This document shows positions 17,057-24,900 of a stretch of DNA of 35,131 nt, in pieces. Under the pieces are notes generated by a model, which made no database searches, was not told the DNA's origin, and saw only the letters and a list, made by a program, of their open reading frames with translations. Both the position numbers and the translations under genes were made by a program. Source of the stretch: an uncultured Clostridium sp. (lineage in GTDB: Bacteria; Bacillota_I; Bacilli_A; RF39; UBA660); NCBI GenBank assembly GCA_964652515.1, contig CAZZAK010000001.1:1-35131 (forward strand), given 5' to 3'. Position 1 is the first letter of the stretch, and each line of letters starts with the position of its first letter.

Positions 17057-17770
17057 ATGGCTAGAGAAGTTATTGTAACTGCTGATAAAGTAAAGAATCG
17101 TAAGAAGCGAAGTAAAATTGTAAGAAGAGCTTTATTGATATTATTATTCTTTTTGATAGTACTGTATATTATATTGGATATTATATATAGTGAAGGAAGG
17201 TTTACTGTTACTTTGGATTCTAATAGAACTTTGGAAAGTGGGTTGGCAATATTTGATAGTCTAAATAATAGCCATGGTAAAAGGAAACTTGAGGCTACTC
17301 CAATAAAGTTTATGGATAATATTTCTTATAAATGGATACCGGATGGTGTTGATAAGGAAGCAGACGGCCCACATAATGGACAAAATTACATTGCTTATAG
17401 TTTTTATGTAGAAAATCAAGGTGAGCGGGTTCTTAATTATCACTATGAGGTTATTGTGGATGATATTATTAAGAATGTTGATAATGCTATTAGGATAAGA
17501 ATTTATCGTAATGGAGAATATACTACATATGCTAAGCGTGATACTATGTTTGATACTATAGAAAAAAATACTGTTCCATTTAAGGAAATAAAAGAATCTG
17601 AAGGAACTATCATTTTGGAGAAAGTTGCTAATTTTAGACCTGATGACTTAGACAGATATACTGTGTTGGTATGGTTAGAAGGCGATGATCCTGATTGTAC
17701 TGATGCTTTATTAGGTGGCGAAATTAAAATGCATATGGTAATAACCGAAGAACATATTGAACAAGGTTAG
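17057..17770 (+). CDS. Single-pass membrane protein (N-in) with an extracytoplasmic domain sharing the W-x-E-G-x-D-x-D-C motif with the downstream gene
   Basis: ATG at 17057 after GGTGA. KNRKKRSKIVRR + TM helix ALLILLFFLIVLYIILDII. YTVLVWLEGDDPDCTDALLGGEIKMHMVI parallels MRIYMWIEGQDLDCENNASGTDITFKLELS of 17782-18903. Confidence 0.55.
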   Translation: MAREVIVTADKVKNRKKRSKIVRRALLILLFFLIVLYIILDIIYSEGRFTVTLDSNRTLESGLAIFDSLNNSHGKRKLEATPIKFMDNISYKWIPDGVDKEADGPHNGQNYIAYSFYVENQGERVLNYHYEVIVDDIIKNVDNAIRIRIYRNGEYTTYAKRDTMFDTIEKNTVPFKEIKESEGTIILEKVANFRPDDLDRYTVLVWLEGDDPDCTDALLGGEIKMHMVITEEHIEQG

Positions 17771-17781
17771 GAGTGAAATTA

Positions 17782-18903
17782 ATGAAAAATAAAAGGGAAG
17801 AAAAAAGAAATAAGAAAGTTAGAACGCTGATATTATTATTGTTTTTGACAATTATAATGTTTGGTACATCAACTTATGCATGGTTTACTGCCAATAGAGT
17901 AGTTACTATCGAAGCTATTGATGTAAGAGTTGAAACTAGTGATGGTTTGCAGATATCTACTAATGGTAGTACATGGAAATCTATTATTACAAAGGATGAA
18001 ATATTAGCTGGTTATACTGGTCATAATAATTTTGTACCTGATGTATTAGATGCTGTATCTACTAGTGGTAATGCTCCAATTGCTAGTGGTAAGAGACTTA
18101 TGGATATGTATGGCAGTACTATTGAATCTGAAGTTGGAGTTAATGATGGTAAATATACTATCTATACTACTAAGATTGATGAGACTGCTGCACAAAAGAA
18201 ATTTATTGCATTTGATATTTTCTTAAAAGTAAGTAGTAATAAGACTGTTTATATTAATAGTGATGCTGGTTCATATTCAGAAGTTATTAAAAGATCTGGT
18301 GATACTTATGCGGATCGTGGATTAAAGAATGCTGCTAGAATTGCTTTTGTTCCTACTGGTGAAGCTGCAGCTGAGGCTTCTATTGCTAATATTACTGGTG
18401 CTATATATACTACTGGTGATCCTGATAATCCTGTTCCTAGTGTTAAAATATGGGAACCTAATAATGATACTCACTCAACTGCTGTTGTAAATAGCGTTGC
18501 TACTGAATATGGTTATACTGGTGTTACTGCTACAGGAAGTACACCAATTCAATATTATGGTATTAAGGATGCTATCCCTTCTACCAATAAAACAGATTTA
18601 ATTAATACTGTAAAGGGTACTGTTACTTCATATAATGATGGTACTGATGATATTACTTTCTCAGAGGCTGTTACTACTGGTACTGTTACTGACTCTACTG
18701 ATTATTCTACAGCTGGTATATTGTTATCTACTCCTGCTACTTTAGCTAGTGGTAAGAATTATAAAGCTTTTGATTTAAAAGCTGGTATTACTAAGATGCG
18801 TATATATATGTGGATTGAAGGACAAGATCTTGACTGTGAAAATAATGCTTCTGGTACTGATATTACATTTAAACTTGAATTAAGTATTAGAGGAAATACG
18901 TAG
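17782..18903 (+). CDS. Thr/Gly/Ala-rich exported protein with SipW-cognate signal peptide; candidate major fibre subunit
   Basis: The ATG at 17782 lies 8 nt after AGGAG (the GTG at 17773 overlaps the RBS). KNKREEKRNKK + hydrophobic core + GTSTYAWFTANR. Composition and codon choice (gct/ggt/act/gtt) look like a highly expressed structural protein. A strong terminator follows directly. Confidence 0.6.
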   Translation: MKNKREEKRNKKVRTLILLLFLTIIMFGTSTYAWFTANRVVTIEAIDVRVETSDGLQISTNGSTWKSIITKDEILAGYTGHNNFVPDVLDAVSTSGNAPIASGKRLMDMYGSTIESEVGVNDGKYTIYTTKIDETAAQKKFIAFDIFLKVSSNKTVYINSDAGSYSEVIKRSGDTYADRGLKNAARIAFVPTGEAAAEASIANITGAIYTTGDPDNPVPSVKIWEPNNDTHSTAVVNSVATEYGYTGVTATGSTPIQYYGIKDAIPSTNKTDLINTVKGTVTSYNDGTDDITFSEAVTTGTVTDSTDYSTAGILLSTPATLASGKNYKAFDLKAGITKMRIYMWIEGQDLDCENNASGTDITFKLELSIRGNT

Positions 18904-18911
18904 GAATAATT

Positions 18912-18939
18912 AAGAAGATAAATATATCTTCTTTTTTTA
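18912..18939 (+). terminator. Rho-independent terminator
   Basis: AAGAAGATA (18912-18920), loop AATA, TATCTTCTT (18925-18933), then a T-run. Confidence 0.65.
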
Positions 18940-18968
18940 TTGCTTTACTTTATTTTTACGACAAAATA

Positions 18969-18977
18969 TGCTAAAAT
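18969..18977 (+). promoter_or_regulatory. Extended -10 promoter element for the giant gene
   Basis: TGCTAAAAT lies about 20 nt upstream of RBS GGAGAG and the ATG at 18999. No good -35 box is present. Confidence 0.4.
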
Positions 18978-18998
18978 TAATAATAGGAGAGTAGGATT

Positions 18999-21900
18999 AT
19001 GTTGCAGTTAAAAGAATGGATTTATAAACATAAAATAATTCTTATTTTAGCAGTTATACTTACTGTTCTTTTGTCATGGAATTTTATTCATTCTTTTAGT
19101 GAAACTGTATCTGATAATTCGTGGGATGGAGTAGTTGCTACTGAATTTTCTTCTGGTAATGGTACAAGAGATAATCCATATGTTATAACTAGTGCTTCTG
19201 AATATGGGTATTTTAAAGAATTACTTGAGGGTAGTGATGCTTCTTTATATTTAGATAAATATTATGTTATTACTGATAGTTTTAATTATGGTAACTATAG
19301 TATATCTATTAATAATATTCTACCTTTTACTGGTACTTTGGATGGTACTGGTCATAGTATATATGGTGCTACTTTAAATAATTCGTTATTTAATGAATTA
19401 GATGGTGCTACTATTAAAAATATTAAGTATAGTTTAAATATTACAAGTGATAAGACTTCTGGTATTTTATCTAATAGCATTAATGATACGAAATTATCTT
19501 ATTTTATCTTGGATGGTTCTATTAATGGGAATAATTCTGATATTACTGTATCTGGTATAGGTAATACTATTAGTAATTCAGAAATTGAAAACATTGTTAT
19601 AAATGTTGATGCTAATTCTTCTAATTATGTGTCTATTTCTAATAATATTAGTTCTACTACTATTAATAATGTGTTAGTAAGAACTGGTTATAATCATTTA
19701 TCTTTTGATAGTGAATATGAAGTGGATGAATTTTCTATTAATAATGGAAATGTTATTGTTTCTGGTTTAGATAAGTATGCTAGTGAAGATTATAAAATAG
19801 TTATTAATAATAATAGTTTTTATGTTTCTTCAAGTGAAATTGTTCTAGAACCTGAAAATGAATCGGGGTTATCTAAGAATTTAACTTCTCTAAAAGGATT
19901 AAGAAGTGCTTCGATAACAGTACATGATTCAGGGATTGTAACTGCTGATCATGCTATTTATATTAACGATCTAACAAGTGATTATAATTATTATATGGGT
20001 CTTAATTATACTAAAATTACTAATACTAATGGTACTATTCCTACAGGTACTAATCAAAATTTATATAGTAATTCTAATTTGGCTACTGTATATATTAGGT
20101 ATAGTAGTGCTGATATTAATGATTCTAGTATGTATGGATCTGTTAGTGTTTCAGAGGATATTAGGGATTATTATTACTATAAGAGATATCCTGTGGTAAA
20201 TGGTTATATTACTTTTGATTTGATTGATAGTCCTTGGGCAAATAGACCTACTGATATGGCATTTAATGGATGGGTAACTGATTATGATGGTGCTACTATT
20301 TCTTTGGATATGGACACTTATGTTAGAAGTGTTAAGATACCTGTATCTGATATAAGTAATCCTATTTCTATTACATTCTATTCTAGTTGGACTATAGCAT
20401 CTGTAGTTACTACAACTACTTTTACTAATTTGAAAAGTGTTGGTATGAATGCTCTTACACCTTCTTATGGTGATTTAACTATTTATTATGTAACAGCTAG
20501 AGTTAATAATAATAGTAATTATCCTAATAGTAATGATTTGTATGATTTAAATGGTAATCATATAACAAGTGGTAGTAGATGTAGAACGTCTGGTGGTTGT
20601 ACTTATTTAACTAGAAATACTAATAATACATATAATGCTAATACTAGTTATTATAGTGTTACTCCTAATGGTAATGGACCTGCTACTGTTACTAGAGTAT
20701 ATCCTCAGCAAAAACCAATTCCATATTATGATGGAGGTAGTGCTGCTGGATACTTTATTAGAGTTACTAGTGGTACTGAAAATATATATTCTTCTACTGG
20801 TGTTAAACAGGATAGTTGTAGTGGGACATGTTATAAATTGCTTCAATACAGTGATGGAAATATAACTAGTGGTACAACGTATTATTATTTAACGACTAGA
20901 GATACTAATATTTTTGCTCCTACTAGTACTAATAATATTACTGCAAATAATATATCTTCTACTAAACCTATGACAATTACTGGTATTCATAATGGAACTG
21001 ATAATAGTAATAGTCGTACTCTTAGAATGACTGATGATTGGGAAATAGCTGCTGATATTAGAATAGAATTTATTCGCTTTTATGTTAGTGATACTACTAC
21101 TAATGTTTCGGAATTTGATTCTGATGGCTATGAAATAATTGGTAATTTTAAAAATGTTAAATTAGGTAGAGGTTTAAAAAGAAATGGTAGTAATTTAACG
21201 GCTAATAGTTTTGTTGGCGGCTCATCAAGTTCTGCTACTACTCTTTCTAAGTATACGTTTATCGTAGAATCTGGCTTTTATCAAACTGGTAGTGCTGTTG
21301 GTTATGGTAGTGCTGTTACACACAGAGTACTTGCTAATGTAATTTTAGGTAGTGATTATGATAGAATAAGTAGTAATGGTAATAACAATTTAATTGTTTA
21401 TTATGCTTATGCTGGTTCTTGGGGTTCTAATTTATATAATAGTTCAAATAGTTCTAATTCTTATGATACTCCAGCAATTTATACTGTTGTCAAAAGTGGT
21501 TCTTTTGGGACAAATAAGGCTGATTATGCTGCTGGTATTTATGTTGGTGGACGTTCTAGAGGTACACACTATTCTTTACGTGAAGCTTTAGTCGAGGGTG
21601 GGTACATATATAATTTGATTGGTGGACCTTCTTCTGATGATGGCAGAGCTTCTAAAAATGATATTATTATTAATGTCAAAGGTGGAGAAATTGACTTAGT
21701 CTTTGGTGGTGCTGGTGCTTCTGATACTGTGGGTAATAAGATATTAAATATTACTGGTGGTACGATTAACTATAGTATTGTTGGTGGTTCTAATGCGGCA
21801 GAGTATAGCTCTAGTACAAGTAATCCAAATGGTAAGATTGATGGCGATACTTTACTATATGTAGGTGGTAATGTTACTGTTGGTACTAAAAATGATAAAT

Positions 21901-24900
21901 TATTTACTATATCATCTGGTGATGTTTATGGGGCTGGTAATGGACGTGTGAATGAACCTACTATTGGGGCTGTTAATAATTCTACAGTAATTATTGGACC
22001 TACTGCTACGATTCGTGGTAGTGTATACGGTGGGGGTAATAATGGTGCTGTGGGTGGCAATACAACTGGTAGTGCTACTGGTGGATCAGGTTCTACTGTT
22101 ACTAGTGGTGTATATGAAGACGAGACTACTGATAATAGTATTCGTTATTATGGTCCTAGTCCTGATAACTATATACAGTTTAATGGCGAACTTTATCGAA
22201 TAGTGGGATTATTTAATAATGTTAGTACTGCAAGTGGTTCTAAAAACTTAGTTCGTATTGTTAAGAATACTTCCTTGGGTAATCGTGCTTGGGGAGACGC
22301 TAATATGACTACTGTTGAGACTAATACATCAACGGAAACAACTAGTGGATACTTTGCTAATAATACTTATAATTATACTAATTATTATAAAAACTATTAT
22401 AATTTTTATGTTAAAAATGATAATACTACATCTAATATGTATAATTATTTGAATACTACTTATTATAATGGTTTAAATAGTACATATAAAAATTATATAG
22501 AAGAAGTTAATTGGAACTTAGGAGCAACAACTAATACTAATCAGAATACTAGTGCTTTCTATACGGCAGAGAGAAGTAATGGAGTTGTTAATTATTTAAC
22601 GGGAATAAATCAAACTGGTAATGGAAATTCTCTATATAGTTCTTCTTTTAAAGTTGGATTATTTTATCCATCAGATTATGGATATGCTAATAATGATAGT
22701 TCATGTCTTAGTAGTAGTTTGGGTTCTTATTCTGCAACTTGTCGTAATAATAACTGGATGAGTGGTATGACTAATGCTTGGACAATGACTTCTTCGACAG
22801 ATGTAACTAATGTTACTAGAACATATCAAGTTAGTCAGAGTGGTAACTGGTTTAATGGTTATACTTATACGATGAATAGATATTATCATGTAAGTAATCG
22901 TAATTTTGTTATTGGAACTGGTGGTCTTGAACTTAAAGATATTTATTATACTGGTAATGATAATGATGCTAATAACTACTATAACACTGGTGCTGTTTAT
23001 CCTTCTTTCTATTTAAAAGAGGATGTAACAATATCTGGAGGTAGTGGTAAAGCTAGTGATCCATATATTATTGGTTCATCTAATGATACACTTATTGATA
23101 TTATTGATGAAATTATGCATCCTTCTGAACCAACAGAACCACCTGTTATAACACATGATGAAAGTGAATATATGGCTAAGACTCGTATAGAGATTCTTGG
23201 TGGTAGTATTTCTGGATCAGTATATGGCGCTGGTAATAAAAATGGTGCTGGTAATGCCAATAATAATAGATTGGCTCTTGCTAAAGTAAATATTAATATG
23301 TCTGGTGGTAGTGTATCTGAGTCTATTTATGGGGGAGCTAATGCTGAGGGTACTGTATATGGTGATGTATTTATTAATGTGATTGATGGTACGGTATCTG
23401 GAAATGTTTATGGTGGTGGAAAAGGTGGACCTGATAGTGAATCAGATGGTACATATGTAACTGATAATGTTAATGTTACTATTGGTTCAAATGCTACTAA
23501 TAACTTACGTATTAATGGAAGTGTATATGGTGGTTCAGCTTTTGGTACTGTTAATGCAAGTTCTAATACTGCTACTGATTCAGATTATGCTACTAATGTT
23601 ACAGTTAATGCTGGCGTTATAACTGGTAGTGTTTTTGGTGGTGGAGAAGGTGATGCTAATCATACTCCGTATGTAATTGGTAATATTAATGTAACTATTA
23701 ATGGTGGAAATATTACTAATGTATTTGGTGGTAATGATCAAGCTGGTAGCCATACAAAACTAAATAAAGTGGAGTTAGCTGGTGGAACTATTGGTAGTGT
23801 ATATGGTGGTGGTAATAAATCTAGTGTTACAAATACTCATGTATATCTTGATGGGGCTACTGTTACAAATCTTTATGGTGGATCTAATACTTTAGGTAAT
23901 GTTAGTACTACGGATGTAAAAATTAGATCTGGAAGTGTTGGTAATGTTTATGGTGGCAATAATGAAGGTGGTACTTGTGGTGTTACAAATGTTTTAGTTG
24001 AAGGTAGTGCTACTGTTTCATCTAGTTTATATGGTGGAGGTAATCAAGTAAGTACTACTACTACAAATGTCTTATTAAATTCAGCTGGTTCTACTATTCC
24101 TAATGTATATGGTGGAGGTAATTCTGCTAGCGTAACTACGGCTAATGTTACAAAAGGTAATGTTAATGTTACGAACCTATTTGGTGGTTCTAATTCTAGT
24201 GGTACAGTTGGTGAGAGCCATATTACTTCTTCTTCGGGGACTGCTACTAATATATATGGAGGTAATAATGCTGGTGGTAGTACAATAGATACTTATATAA
24301 TATTTAATGGAGGTAGTGCTACTAATATATATGGTGGAGGTAATAATGCAAGTAGTGATGTATCTAACATAACCGTCAATAATGGTACTATTGGAACAAT
24401 ATTTGGTGGAGGTAATAATGCTGGTTTAACAACATCCAATATTCATATGGTTACTGGTAATGTTACTACTATATATGGTGGATCTAATAATACTGGTACT
24501 GTTACTACTACGAATGTTCAAATTGATAATACTGCTTCTACTGTTTCAAATGTATATGGTGGAGGTAATAGTGCGCCTGTTGGAACTACTAATGTAACTA
24601 TTACGGCTGGAACTTTTGGTAATATTTTTGGTGGAGGCAACTTGGCACAGGTTACGGGAAATACTACTTTAGATATTAATGGTGAAACTATTAATACAAA
24701 TATATATGGTGGAGGTAACTTTGGTGTTGTTAAAGGTTCTTCTACTGTAACCATTACAAATGCTACTATTTTAGGTAGTGCTTATGCTGGAGGTAATGGT
24801 TCTACAGCTACTTTGGAAGGTAATACTAGCATCACTATAGATGGTAATACAACAATTGGTAGCGTTAATTCAGTGGCACCAACTTCTGGATGTGTTTTTG

